Made by a program: the position numbers and the translations under genes. From Carcharhinus amblyrhynchos (Eukaryota), in contig OZ336890.1 of NCBI GenBank assembly GCA_965287045.1, forward strand, positions 37,820,001 to 37,884,000: 64,000 nucleotides of DNA, given 5' to 3'. The notes beneath the pieces were generated by a model. It had not been told where the DNA came from. It was given only the letters and a program-made list of their open reading frames with translations, and searched no databases. Within the stretch, counting starts at the first letter, position 1. Each line of letters begins with the position of its first letter. Below are positions 23,715-37,015 of this stretch, in pieces.

Positions 23715-24600
23715 TAGATGTCAATTATCTCAGTTCCAGGACATCACTGTAGAAGTTCCTCAGAAGTGCCCAGGACCCAGCCATCTTCAGCTGCTTCACC
23801 AGGGGCCTTCCTTCCAGAAGTGGGACATAGCGTTCAACACCATTTGTGACAATTTTCAAGCTTGGGCAGACAATTGGCAAGTCACACAAGTACTAGTCAA
23901 TTACCATCTGCAAAAATAGGGAATCTAACCATTATTGATGTTCAGTGGCATTATCATTGCCCCCACGACCAACATACTGGGAGTTACTATTTACCAGAAA
24001 CTAAACTGGACTAGCCATATTAATGCTGTGGCTAGGAAGGCAGGTTGGAAGCTAAGAATCCTGAGTGAGTAATCCACCTGCTAACTTCCCAAAACCTGTC
24101 CACTGTCAGTAAGGCACAAGTCAGAGTGTGATGGAATACTCCCCAGTTGCCTGGATGAGTGCAGCTCCAACAGCATCCAGAAACATGACACCATTCAGGA
24201 CAAAGCAACCTACTTTATTTGCACCCTGTCCACAAACATTCAATCCTTTCACCACAAATGAACAGTGGCGGCAGCGTGTGTCATCTACAAGATGTACTGC
24301 AGGAACTCACCAAGGCTCCTTAACACCTTCCATGTCCATGACAGCAAACAGTTTGAAGGATAAGGACAAAAGACACATGTGAACACCACAACCTGGGAGA
24401 TACATCACCGTTCTTTCACTATCACCTGGTCAAAATCCTGGAACTCCCTCCTTAACAGCACTGTGGGTGTACTTATACCATAGGGTCTGCAGCGGTTCAG
24501 GCAGACATCTCACCACCGCCTTCTATAGGGTAATTGGGGATGGCAATAAATGCTGGCCGAGCCAGCGACACTCAGATCCTGTAAGTTAATATTTAAAAAG
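23715..24600 (+). mobile_element. LINE family X: RT fragment and 3' end
   Basis: QDITVEVPQ..GP (degenerate GVPQGSVLGP) and MEYSPVAWMSAAPT. Same tail as 7770-8540. Confidence 0.7.
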
Positions 24601-25814
24601 TGAGAATTTATCCATATGGGGAGAATATTTGGAAAGTGGTGAGAGACTAGGAAATGTTGATATTCAGAGGGATCTGAATGTTCTTGAGCACAAATCACAA
24701 AGTTGATGTGCAGGTACAATAAGCATTTGGATAGGCCCATGGCCTGTTATTTATTACAAAGGGCTTGGTATATAAGGGTGAAAATCAGCCTTGAGTGTTT
24801 TGAATGGCAGATTTGGCTTAAAGGGCTGAATGGCCTACTTTTCTTAATGCTTGTGTTCGACGGATTTTATCATCCAAATGGAAGTACTTTTTAAAACAAA
24901 AATTACTTAATTGAAATTGTCATTTAACATTTGGCAGTAAAATACCAAAGTTACGTTTATTGCCCCACAGTACTTGCTCCTATGTATCATCGTTCTGTAT
25001 TGAAATTGTATATAAATCTTTCCATGACAGTAGAAGTACCTCTGTAATCATATACTGTGATTACTGAAAAAATTGCAGTTGAGGTTTAATAGATTTTCCT
25101 TTCCTTTGTTACGAACCCTGACCCCTAGTTAATTAGTTCAGTATGCTTTCTCTGTTCTGATACTGATTTGTTTTGGCTCCAGTTTACTTGCCAAAGCACT
25201 TAAACTAAAACCTGGTCAGTTTCATTTTTATAAACTGATGTTCTTAGTCCAGAGAACGGTTCAAGTTGAGACATTTTGCAATAACTGCAAAAACAAACAT
25301 CTTGTTTGCATTATCATCAAATGTAATTTTGACTACAGTTGTCCATTTAGAGAATTGTGGCTAAAGATTTTTCTAACTTGTGACAAAATAGTGAGAATTC
25401 ATTGGAACTTGAGAAAGCTTGGACCTCTACAGGTCCATTAATGTTGCAAGCTTTTGATGGAATAGTGTGAAGTGGGTGTCAGGTGCTTTTCTGTAGTAGG
25501 AAACTGAATATGAGAATGCCTGCCCCTAGCTTCATACTGATTGCTTCTCAATCAGAATTGGCGGATTCTGTAAAATTGACTGGCTTCTGGAAAGAAAAAT
25601 TTATTTAAAAGGATATTTTTTCCCTTGGGCAATTTGATTGTTCAAATGTTTGAGCACTTGACTGAGTCAGGGGTTTAATTTTTGGGTAAGCCTTGTTGCT
25701 CATGCATGTTGGTTTAAATAAGTCTTGATCTCTCTGCTAGATGAATTGTGATGGGTTTTTGTTAAACTGATTGGGGAAAATAACCCCCCTATTGTGGCTC
25801 CACTAATTTGGTTA

Positions 25815-26137
25815 CGGTGGCACACTGGTTAGTACTGCTGTCTCAGAGCATCACGTTCAGTTCCGGATTTAGGTGACTGTGTGGAGTTTGCACTTTCTCC
25901 ATGGGTTTCCTCTGGATGCTTCAGTTTCCTTTCATAGTCCAAAGACGTGCCGGTTAAGTGGATTGGCTGTGCTGAATTGCCCCTTTAGTGTGCCCACGTG
26001 TCGTTTAGGGAGATTAGTGGGATAAATATGTGAGATTATGACATTAGGACCTGGGTGTGATGCTCTATCAGAGTCAGTTCGGACTTGATGGGCCAAATAG
26101 CCTCCTTCTGCACTGTAAGAATTCTATGATGCTATGA
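25815..26137 (+). mobile_element. HE1-type SINE
   Basis: Head, V-domain and tail gacttgatgggccaaatagcctccttctgcactgtaagaattctatg. Confidence 0.8.
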
Positions 26138-27087
26138 AGCATTGTTAATAATCCTTGAATCATGTGTCTTATGTATTCACAGAATCCTGTACAATATATT
26201 TTCATAACTATATAGTGTACTCTTATTAAAATGAACAATTTCATGGAATCATACAGTACAGAAAATTTGGGTCTGGTTATTTAATAAAGTTGCAATGCAA
26301 GAGGAGTAATATATTGTGGAACATATTTCTTGAGACAAATATTTGTTTTTCACAAGTAATTCACAATCTGTAATTCACAAGTATTGCTGTGTTATGTGAT
26401 ATCAGTGGCCACTATTAGAGTTTCCAAAGCAAAATTCCCGGTGTTGAGTATTTGTTGTTTGCATTATAGGCAGACCTGTAGCTGTCTGCACCATAAACGT
26501 AAAAGCTGTAATTGATTCTCTACAGAAAATGAATGAATCACTTAATGCTTGTTCATACACAAAAGCGTTTTAGCATGATGGAGATTTAATTGACGGAGAG
26601 TAAATTTCTGCCTGTCTAGGCAAGTGGTAGTAACTTGTTCAAGTCTTTGCAAGTTTTCTTTTAAATATGCTTGCAGTGTACTCTGGTTCCAAATTACAGA
26701 GTTAAGGTTACTTTACACCAGATATTTTCAGCTTCTATATGATGAATGATTCACTATCATTTCAAATGGATTTAAAAGCACTGTAGGACAGTGGGTGTTA
26801 TTGTTAAGTTTGTACATTTCCTTGCAGAGAAGAGGGTTTCTAGTAAAATTCCAAATCTGTCGAATAGGAAATGCAGACACACTTGCTTGTTTCATTGAGA
26901 AATTTAAGATAAATAAATAGAATCCATTATTTAGCTGACTCCTGTGATATGGAATTAACTAATGTTGAAGGGTGCTTCTTCCCAACTGGGAGGTTTTAAT
27001 TTGATTGAATTGGTTCTTTAAAGTGTGCTTATAGCAGTCTTTAAAAACCTATTTGTTGTATATTAATGCTATGAACTAACAGTATGC

Positions 27088-27256
27088 TATCCAGAGATGT
27101 GCAGGTTAGGTGGATTGGCCTTCATAAATTGTCCTTCAGTGTCAGGGGGATTAGCAGAGTAAATATGTGGGGTTAAGGGGATAGGGCCCGAGCAGGAGTG
27201 TTGTCTGTGCAGGCTCAATTGGTCAAATGGCCTCCTATATTGTAGGGGTTCTATGA
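27088..27256 (+). mobile_element. HE1-type SINE 3' half
   Basis: tccagagatgtgcaggttaggtggattggcc...gggttctatg. Confidence 0.7.
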
Positions 27257-28902
27257 CATTATGAATGTGTGCTGTTGGGATAACTTTTAAAAGATTTCAA
27301 AGCATTACTTTATCTGTGTTGAATAACTCTGAGCAGTGCAATAATATTTAAAATGCAATATAATGTACTTTTTATAGTTTCTCCCCAACTAAATATTTCA
27401 AACGTACAGCTTCTAGTTTGGACTTTAAATGGAGAGCAGTCCTATTAGTCAGAGAATGTTCCATTCGAATGCTTGAGTTGGATGTCATTTAAATTCATTT
27501 GGCTTAGTAGGCTGAATTTTATTAATGCTCAACCAGATGGCTGGATGGAACCCTTTGTGCTTTGGAAGTGAATCATTATTGCCATTTTGTAGGCCACTCT
27601 CATTGATTAAAAACTACCGAATCACAGACGAAGGAGGGAGCATGCTGGCAGAAGACAGTCTTTTATAAAGGAGAAATTTAGTTATATGTTGAAAACATTT
27701 CCATCTATATTTACTGCTGCCTCTCTTTGAGGTGATATTTTGTCTCTAGACCCAAGATTATCCAAACACTGGGAACTTCAGGCCTTCAGGGTACCTTAGT
27801 GGTTTAGATTCTGTCTGCTCTGGTGGTGAGCTACAGAAAACAAAGGTTTCCATTTCAATCACCTGGTTTTCCCTCTGATGTGATAACTTTACATTTACTA
27901 TGACTGGATTCTAAACTTCTGAGCTAACAAGATGTTAAATCAGCTGTGGGTTCTGCTATTGATAGCTATCCAGTCTACCCATCCTAAAATGATCAAGTGT
28001 GTACTTCCTGTGATGACCAATTTGGACTTGGCTGTCACAACCTCCATGCTGACTGAGCATGCTGACCGTCGCTGACCATTTGGGCAAAGTAATGGCACAC
28101 TTCTGAACAATATGGACCTTAATCCAACATAAACCACCAACCTGAGAGAAACAGTAAAAAAAGGAAGAAGGGATTTGTATATTTTAGTTGTTTTTCTTCT
28201 TTTGTTAATAGATTGTTTTGATGTTGGACTAAATGTTCTCATTTAGATATGATGTTAGCAGTATTCAGGTTTGGGTTAATGCCAGTCTATTTAATTTCCT
28301 ATAAAACCTCACGTAGCTGATATCAGCAGTTCCCAGCTGAGTTGAAAGATCAGAATACGCCTCTAAACAAGAACTATAGATAAACAGTAGTTTGTGAGCT
28401 GGAATGGTGCTTGGCGTAATTATGTAGCTTATAATCAAAGCTTTTTGGACTTGTAAGATCTGGGACGAAAACAACATCTGCAGTTTTGCAGAATCTCAGT
28501 GTCAGGCATTCTGATCTATTTTCAGCTTTCAGTGACATGACAATGTCATAATTATTTATAACATTTGTACCTTTTTGCTTCTTTGTGCTGTGTAACTATG
28601 ACGACGTGGTAATGTATGGGCACTTGTACAGGTTGCATGATTAATAATAAAAGAATCAGTTGCATTGGTAGTAGCTGTGTAATCCTGCAATATCACTTTT
28701 GGAAGTTGGGGAAAAAAAAACTCAGACAGGAAAATTATTATTTTTATTTTTACAAGAGCTGCTTGCAAGATGGAGATTAGGTTGCAAGTGGATATATAAA
28801 TATAGCTGCAGCTTCTTTCCAGCTGTAGCTTCTTTGGAATTGCAGCACCACCACATTTAGAATTGATGGCCTTGTTAAGAAATCAGCAACAAATATGGCT
28901 GC

Positions 28903-29815
28903 ATGGTAGTTTTGTTACTGGGTTAGTAATCCAAACGTTTGGCGTAATGTGAATTCAAATCCCATCACAGTGGTTGAGGAATTTAAATGACAATTTACAT
29001 AAATCTCAAATAAAAAAAACTCTGAATCCACCTAGTCACACGAATATCCTTGCATGACTCCACTCCTACAGCAACTACTGCTCTCTGATTTAGCCTAGCT
29101 AACCACTCTTGCTACAACAAAACGCACGGGATGGACTTCCTGGCAACTGGACTTTGGCACGACAAAGAAATATCCAACTGAGATGAATCTGCAAGATCCT
29201 CCTCATTAACATCTAGGGTTGTCACAAAAGACCATGATCACAGAATAATTTCTTTCTGCCAATGTGTCAGACTTTTTCAAGGCAAGTACACCAGAGGTGA
29301 TCTAGCATTAGTTACGGGAGTCCGGAAAACTGACTTCTTCCTCATAGCATCAGGTCAAAGAGGGCAAGAAAACCCTTACTGATTGTTATCTGTTGCCCTC
29401 CCTCAATCACTGAACTGGTACTCCTCCATTTTGATGCCACTTGTGAAGGCACAGACTGCCTTCTCAATATGGGACTTGAATGTCCATCACAGTGTAGGTT
29501 GGTGATACCACTACGGACTAAGCTCGCTGTATCTTGAAGGACAAAATGACCAGACTGAGTCTGTCAAACTGATGACCTCGACCACCTAGAAATATGAGGG
29601 CAGCAGGTGCAAGAGAAGAACACCACATCCAAGTCACATACCACCTTGATTTAGAAATACGTTGTCATTCATTGTTGCTGGATCAAAATCCTGGATTTCC
29701 CAATCTTCACCAGGCTGACATGTAGCAGTTCAAGAAGGATGCTCACCATTTTTTGAGGGCAAATAAGGCTGGGCAAGAAGTAGTGACACCCATATCCCAT
29801 GAACAAATTTTTAAA
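28903..29815 (+). mobile_element. LINE family X deletion derivative: tRNA-like head, APE endonuclease remnant, 3' tail
   Basis: Head tggtagt...gttactgggttagtaatcca...ttcaaatcccatcac. APE-like traces (HQVKEGQENLL, PPS, DLNVHH). Family X tail at 29600-29815. Confidence 0.5.
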
Positions 29816-31105
29816 AACATGCCAGATTAATACTAAAGTTACCATGCAGAAATTTGGTACTTGATAAATTGCAATATTTGAGTGATTTCAGCACCATAAT
29901 CAAAACAAATTGGCAGATGATCATGAGAAATCAGCCGTGGTGTTTACACTTGTCAGCAAAAATGTTTTGACTTAGTGAGGGGGAACAAGCCATGTTTTTG
30001 TCCTGCCTTTGGAAACAATTTTTGTCTCACCTCATAAATGTACCATCAGTGAGAATCTGGCCCAGATTTTGGGACAAAATTAACAGTGAGGCTATCGCAC
30101 ATTGGTGTTAGAGTGTAAATTGGACAATAATTGCCAGAAACTGCATATATATAGTATGCAGAAATCAAAGTTGCTGTCCAAGTTCTCCTGCTTCCCCAGA
30201 AGCTTTGCTACAATGTTATCTCACCAAGAAAAAAGTTCTAGGTACTTGTGAGATAGATGGTCACTAAACTCAACCGCATAAGTAATGTTTTAATGCCTTG
30301 TCAACTTGTCTGGTACTGGAAATTAGCTTATGCTGTTATGCAGTTTTATTCCTTCAGAATTTAATTATCTTTGGAGCAATCTTTTCTTTATCTCCTAATC
30401 ACATAATTTGAGCCTAAAAGTTGGTACAGTCTGCTGAAATGGGCAAGCTGCAATAACTGTTTAAAATTTAATCAACATATGGCATGCATCTTATGTGCTT
30501 ATTCACGTATCTGTCATTTCTTTGCAAGTCTCAGAAGAAATCCTTGTGCTCCTGATTAGTTTAAGGATAACTGGTGATGAGAGTTGGATGGCATTGCTTA
30601 TTGTGTTTTTACTGACTCTCTGTTTGATGCCATCACTTCAGCCCTTCTAATAAATTGCTATGTTCAAATGATTCATTAGGTGATTCTAATGTATTTTATT
30701 CATGTAATGCTTTTTCTAATTGCTTTTGACATTTGATTGGAGAGCTTGTTTGTTACAAGAGAACACTGATCGCAATTGAAATTGCTGGTTATGTTTAAGG
30801 ACAGTATTAATCCTAAGATTGTTAATGATGGTGTTTTTTGGAAAGGGGAGGGTGGAATTTCATGAACCGCTCTGTGGCCAACGCTTCACCATGATTCGAC
30901 ACCAAAATACCATAGCATCACTTGACCTTGGCTCCATCATTATATGATCAAGATGCAAGTGTATCTCGTGCAGAAGCTGGCAGATATCACTTTGGTAACA
31001 GTGTCAATACACACTGCACTGCGTCACTAGCCCTAATCTCTCCAACATGAGAGTACTGCTGCTCAACCTGACTTAGGAGCATCCACACAAACATGGCTGA
31101 TTCTA

Positions 31106-31780
31106 TGCTATTGATATATTTTATGTTTCTATAGAATGCTTAAAGTTCAGTTTTTCAGTCGATATGTCTGGAAGGAGTGCAGCTCAGATGCTGAAAAGCA
31201 GGATAATGTGTTTTAGCTAGGAAGGTATAACTTTGTAGACTTAATGGGCTATTTGTACAAAGTTCTCCTGGGATTTTAAACCAGGTATAGTGAATCACGT
31301 GATACTAGCTTAATGGGAGGGGTAAGCTTATAACAGAAAGAAAAGTTTCTCTTTAGGGTGTGTGGCTGGAACTTTTAAAGACCCAAGACACTCTTTCTCT
31401 CCAGAAAGTCTCTCTCTCTGCCAAATCTTTACAAAACCTCACTGAAGGCTTCAAGGCTGTGAATCTACTTAAAGCAAGTGTTCCTGGGTTTGTTAACTGT
31501 ATTTAAAGTGGGTTTAAATCTATGGGAAGACTGAGGTTTACTTGGTATTTAATAGTGATATGTTAGAAATTAGTTGTTTCTTTTCATGTTTGAAGATATT
31601 TAAATTGTGTTATGAATAAAGCTTGTCTTGATAAAAGATTCCCGAATTTGTCAGCACAATCAATCCTGGAGTGAAGCATCCAATCCTCACGCTTGTGCCA
31701 AAATAAAAAAAAAAATTGTTTTGAGTTTAGTCTGACTTGATACTTATTATACCTTGGGGTTCAAATCTGGGATGCTATCA
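31106..31780 (+). mobile_element. Solo LTR, same family as 14947-15697
   Basis: Shared colinear blocks: aatgcttaaagttcag, gcagctcagatgctg...gcaggataat, tatttaaagtggg, atgaataa, tcctggagtgaagcatcc. No clean TSD. Confidence 0.65.
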
Positions 31781-33384
31781 ATGTACACTTCTGGAAAGTC
31801 AGATGGATTATTTCTGGAGTGTTGAGATCAAAGCAGCTCAAGTGGTTTCCTGTACTTGTCCCATTGAACCTCCTTATGTCTGTAGGGAAAGTATCCATCT
31901 CAAAAAAACCACTGACAGCTGATTAAACACTTCCACTGACATAGCACTTAAAGAAAAATCACTTGCTTGTCTGAAATCTCAGTCCCGACTGGAATTCGCT
32001 CCACAGCCTTAAAAAACTGACGATAGCCCCACTCAATTATGCACCTCCAGGTTGACTGCAACATCAACTACCCCAATCTGGTAACTGACCCAAGTGGTGA
32101 AATCCCAGGTTTCAGTCTCCACAGAAAATCTGGACAATCCTCGGCCTCCTAAGGATCATCTAGGCAAGATGTGACCATTTGCTCTACAAATGGAATACCA
32201 GAAAATACTCATTGTGGATGTTGCCATCCAAGTCAGACTACTGCCCACATACTAAATTTCTGGCCTGAGAGTTAAATTCCTGTTGGCATTCCAACCATTC
32301 ACATTGAGTCAGCTGAAACTGCCTCCCAAGTCATGTGGATAAAAAATATTTTTGTAATTATTTAGTGTTACAGTTTAATTGTTTGAGTTGCAAATGTGAC
32401 ATCTCTGTATATGGGTTTTTTAAAGAAACAAGTTATCTTTAGGGCTCACATGTTTTTTAAAAAAAGGGAAAGTATCTGAAAATTATCCTCGTTCAGTTAC
32501 CAAATACAATTTTAGAGCAAATTCAAATCTCAAGCATGCATCTGTTATTGCTGTAATTCTCCCCTTAACAAATTGATGAGTTACAGCTTTGTTTTGTCTA
32601 TTTTCACGTGAGTGAATGTGCCAACTTTCAAAATGGTTTGATTGTTATTTAAACCTTGGCTTGTTCTTTTTTCCCTGTCCCTGTCTGCCTTTCTCTATAT
32701 CTCAACTTCCCAAGTTGTGTGTCTCATGCATCCCCTGGAAACAAATGCTCAAATTTGCTAGAAGGAATGTGTGCAGTGTGCAGACTCCTCCAATTTTTTT
32801 TTTATGAAGCACCATGTCATAGTATAGGACAAGTTCTCCACTGAAATATTGTCCTATCATTCTGACAGTAGTACACACACTGATAAAATAGTGGAGTGGA
32901 ACTGAGAACAGCTTTGTTCTCCAGTTCTGTGAATTTTCAGATGTTTTGAGATGAGCTTTAGGCAAATTTGGGAAATATTCCTGATTGCATTTCCATCAGC
33001 ACTGCTTTGTGACTTTAGTTTCAGATCAGTTTTTTTTAAAAATAGTGTTTGCAAGGATACAACATTACTGTTGTATCATTAAATTGTTGTTACACATGGC
33101 ACTTAATTCCGATAATCTTGTACCTTCATTAACAATGACCTGTAATTTGTTTACCATTTAATGTTTCAAGGTTCTTCAGGTTAAATTGTTTTGTTTGAAA
33201 GCTTCCTTGATAAATGGACTGAAAAAGGAAAAGATAGAGTTCTCAATGATACAATTCGTTATGCTCCTTTCAGACTGGGTTCTGACTTGGTTCATCTGCG
33301 TGTTCTTACTGAAAATTATTTCAAGCTCTTTACGTTTCCAATGACAAATTTGGGAATTATAATGATGTAATTTCCAGGCGAGTA

Positions 33385-34720
33385 TTAAAATGAGAAAATA
33401 GCGAGGCATCTTGAGGAGAATTGTTTGATAGAGCAGACGCAGCACGGTTTTGTTAAGGGGAAGTCGTGTCTGACGAATTTATTGGAGTTCTATGAGGATG
33501 TGTCTAGGGCGGTGGATAGAGGAGAGCCGGTGGATGTGGTGTTTCTTGATTTTCAGAAGGTGTTTGATAAGGTGCCTCACAAGAGGTTGTTACAGAAGGT
33601 CAGGGGGCATGGAGTTGGGGGTAGGGTGTTAGCGTGGATAGGGGATTGGTTGTCAAATAGGAGGCAGAGAGTGGGGGTCAATGGGTGCTATTCGGATTGG
33701 CGGGTGGTGACTAGTGGAGTGCCCCAGGGGTCGGTGCTGGGGCCTCAGCTATTTACCATTTATATAGATGATCTGGAGGAGGGAACCGAGTGTATGGTGT
33801 CAAAATTTGCTGATGACGCCAAGATTGGTGGAACAGCAAATTGTGCGGAGGGTGTGGAGAGTCTGCAGAAGGATCTAGATAGGCTGGGCGAATGGGCCAG
33901 GAACTGGCAAATGGAATTTAATGTTGGCAAATGTGAGGTTGTCCACTTTGGTAGGAATAATGGTAGGAAGGACTATTACTTACGTGGCGAAAAACTGCAG
34001 CACGCGATGGTGCAGAGGGACCTCGGGGTCCTTGTGCATGAGTCGCAAAAACCCAGCCTACAGGTGCAGCAGGTGGTCAGGAAGGCAAATGGGATGCTGG
34101 CCTTCATCGCGAGGGGGATTGAATATAAAAGTAGGGAGGTCTTGCTGCAGCTGTATAGGGCACTGGTGAGGCCGCAGCTGGAGTACTGTGTGCAGTTTTG
34201 GTCGCCGCACTTACGCAAGGATATTTTGGCCTTGGAGGGAGTGCAGAGGAGGTTTACTAGGCTGATACCGGAGTTGAGGGGGTTGAACTATGAGGAGAGG
34301 CTGAATAAACTAGGCTTGTACTCATTAGAGTTTAGAAGAATGAGGGGAGATCTCATTGAGACATATAAGATGATGAATGGGATGGATAGGATAGAGGTGG
34401 CGAGACTCTTCCCGCTCAAAGCAGCCTCAAGATAAAGGGGGGGGGGGGCGGTTTAGAACGGAGTTGAGGAGGAACTTCTTCACTCAAAGGGTGGTGAATC
34501 TCTGGAATTCTCTGCCCATTGAAGTGGTGGAGGCTGCCTCGCTAAATATTTTTAAGACATGGGTTGATAGGTTTTTGATAGGCAAGGGGATTAAGGGTTA
34601 TGGGGAGAGGGCGGGAATGTGGAACTGAGCCACGACAGATCAGCCATGATCTTATTGAATGGCGGGCAGGCTCGAGGGGCTAGACGGCCTACTCCTGCTC
34701 CTATTTCTTATGTTCTTATG
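33385..34720 (+). mobile_element. Young CR1 LINE, 5'-truncated, RT domain open (ORF 33425-34435)
   Basis: Motifs QHGFVKGKSCLTNL, LDFQKVFDKVPH, GVPQGSVLGP, KFADD. Ends in a (ttcttatg)n tail. Confidence 0.95.
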
Positions 34721-35254
34721 AAAAGGCAAGCTCAGGTTACTTTGAAGTACTGTGAACTTCTTCAGTCATTCAGTTCCAAAAGTCATCATGCTCAATATTT
34801 AGAATTCTTTGTTAATATAAAATATTGGTATCATTCTCTTTAGAAAGATCTCAACTGTTTAGGGATAGTTCACATTGTCAGAATTTGCTGTTGAGGATTA
34901 TGTGAGATGATAACTATCAAAAAGAACCATCCAACCCTAAAAGGTTTCTGGAAATCAAGTCCAGAGATGCTTTTTAAAGCAGCATTTGTTTCATGGTCTG
35001 AGATGGCATGTCACCTTATTACTCTGGAGCTGCTCCTTTCATCTGACCCTTTTCTATGAATTTGTGTGCATGTAGTACTGGCAATTGAAAGATGCCTTGT
35101 AGAAAGCCAAAAACTGACACTGATCTGTTCTGTCTCAATTGTACAAGAAGACCAAATCTGTTATCAAGGGTTTTTTTTTTGTTCAAATGTCTAGTTTCCC
35201 ATCGTCCTTGTGCAAAAATAACACTAAAATCCATATTTTCATAAAAAATATTAA

Positions 35255-35580
35255 CTTGACATTTATAAAGCGCTACTCACAATCTCAGATCATCCAAAGA
35301 TATATCGTAGCTAATTAAGTATTTTAGAAGTGCAGACAGTGTTGTAATGTAAGCAACATTGAAAGCCAGGTCCCACAAATAATAGCCAAATAATCTGTCT
35401 TCAATGTTGATTGAAGGACAAATAGTTGGTTTGGACACCAAGAGACCTTCCCCACTCCCCTTTGAATAATACCATGGATCTTTTGCATCTACTGGAGAGG
35501 AAGAATGCACTTTCATTTGATGGCTCATCCAGAAGGTGATTTTTTTAGAGTGCACTTTGTGATCTCTGCATTCAAGTGGT
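35255..35580 (-). mobile_element. DeuSINE (SacSINE1/AmnSINE1-like) remnant
   Basis: tttgaataataccatggatcttttgcatctactggagagg...ctcatccagaagg resembles the Deu-domain. L2-like tail toward 35255. Confidence 0.55.
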
Positions 35581-36437
35581 GACTTATACAGTAATGAAAG
35601 TCCTGTACTAATTCTACAAGGAAATAATCCAGAAATTATTACTTGAATGTGCCTCCTGATTTTGTGTAATAATCTCCGAGCCAGTGAATGATGGTTGTCA
35701 TGAAATAAAGGGGGGAAAGCCCTCAGTGACATCAGGCTGTCCCCGTCATCGCAATAGTTAGTTTGTAGAACCAATTCTGAACAACAGGATAAGTTGTATG
35801 TTTTGCCCATCTCAGTTTTCTTAATAATGGAATGATTCATTGCTTTTGAACGCTGGCTGCTCAAAATAATTTTTAATGTTTTAAAAATCTCTATTTTCTA
35901 AGGATATGAAGCTTCTGAGCAAAGATGTTGGTACAGTGGAATTGTCATGAGCAAAATTAGATGTATTTGTGGACTTTGATTCAACCATGCTGTTGTTTAG
36001 CACTTTTGTATTTTGAACTCCAAAGTAGGAATTCCTTTCTTGGTTAATTTTATCAGATGAGTAATATAAAGATTAAGGTCTGCTAAGTTGTTATTTGAGC
36101 AATAGACTTTTTTTTGCCCACTGATTAAAATTCCGACCTGTTATCTGGACTGGGAACCAGGATTCTCTATGTAACCTCAATAATGTTTATTTAAAGGCCA
36201 ATTAAGGGTGCTTCTGATTAAATTACAAGTAATTCTGATATGATTTTACTGCTGACTGCATAGAGATTGTACTATGTTGCATCCTATATGGGTCAAACAT
36301 GGACAATTGGGACTAGCTGACAGCACCGTGATTGGCATGGACCAGTTGACCCATGCTGTATCTAAACATTCTCTGACATCCCAAAGTGCTTCATTAAATT
36401 ACTTTCTGAAGTTTCTGTTGTGCAATTTAAACATAAT

Positions 36438-37015
36438 TTTGATTTAATTTATTATTGTCATGTGTATTAGTATACAGTGAAAAGTATTTTTCTTATGTGT
36501 TATACAGACAAAGCATACCATACAGAGAGAAGGGAAGGAGTGCATATTGTAATGTTGCAGTCATAGCTAGGGTGTAAAGAAAGATTAACTTAATACAAGG
36601 TTGGTCCATTTAAAAGTCTGATGGCAGCAAGGAAGAAGCTGTTCCTGAGTTGGTTGGTACATGTCCTCTTTTATATCTTTTTCCGACTGAAGAAGGTAGA
36701 TGAGAGTATGTCTGGGGTGAGTGGGGTCCTTGATTATGCTGGCTGCTTTTCCAAGGCAGCGGGAAGTGTAGACGGAGTCAGTGGATGGGGCGCTGGTTTG
36801 TGTGATGGACTGGGCTTCGTTCGTGACCCTTTGTACTTTTTTGCAGTTTTGGACAAGGCAGGAGTCATATCAAGCTATGATACAACCAGAAAGATTGCTG
36901 TCTATGGTGCATCTGTAAAACTTGGTGAGAGTTGTAGCAGACATGCCAAATTTCCTTCGCCTCAGAAAATAGAGGCATTGGTGGGCTTTATAGCATCAGG
37001 ATGGAGCTGGGTATG
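36438..37015 (-). mobile_element. Rex1/Babar-type LINE 3' fragment
   Basis: Reverse complement of the family at 1-320 (ctgatggcagcaaggaagaagctgttc, gtccttgattatgctggct). Confidence 0.75.

Noticed and set aside
35277-35864. 195-aa minus-strand ORF
   Set aside because: Overlaps a DeuSINE remnant and has no protein motif.
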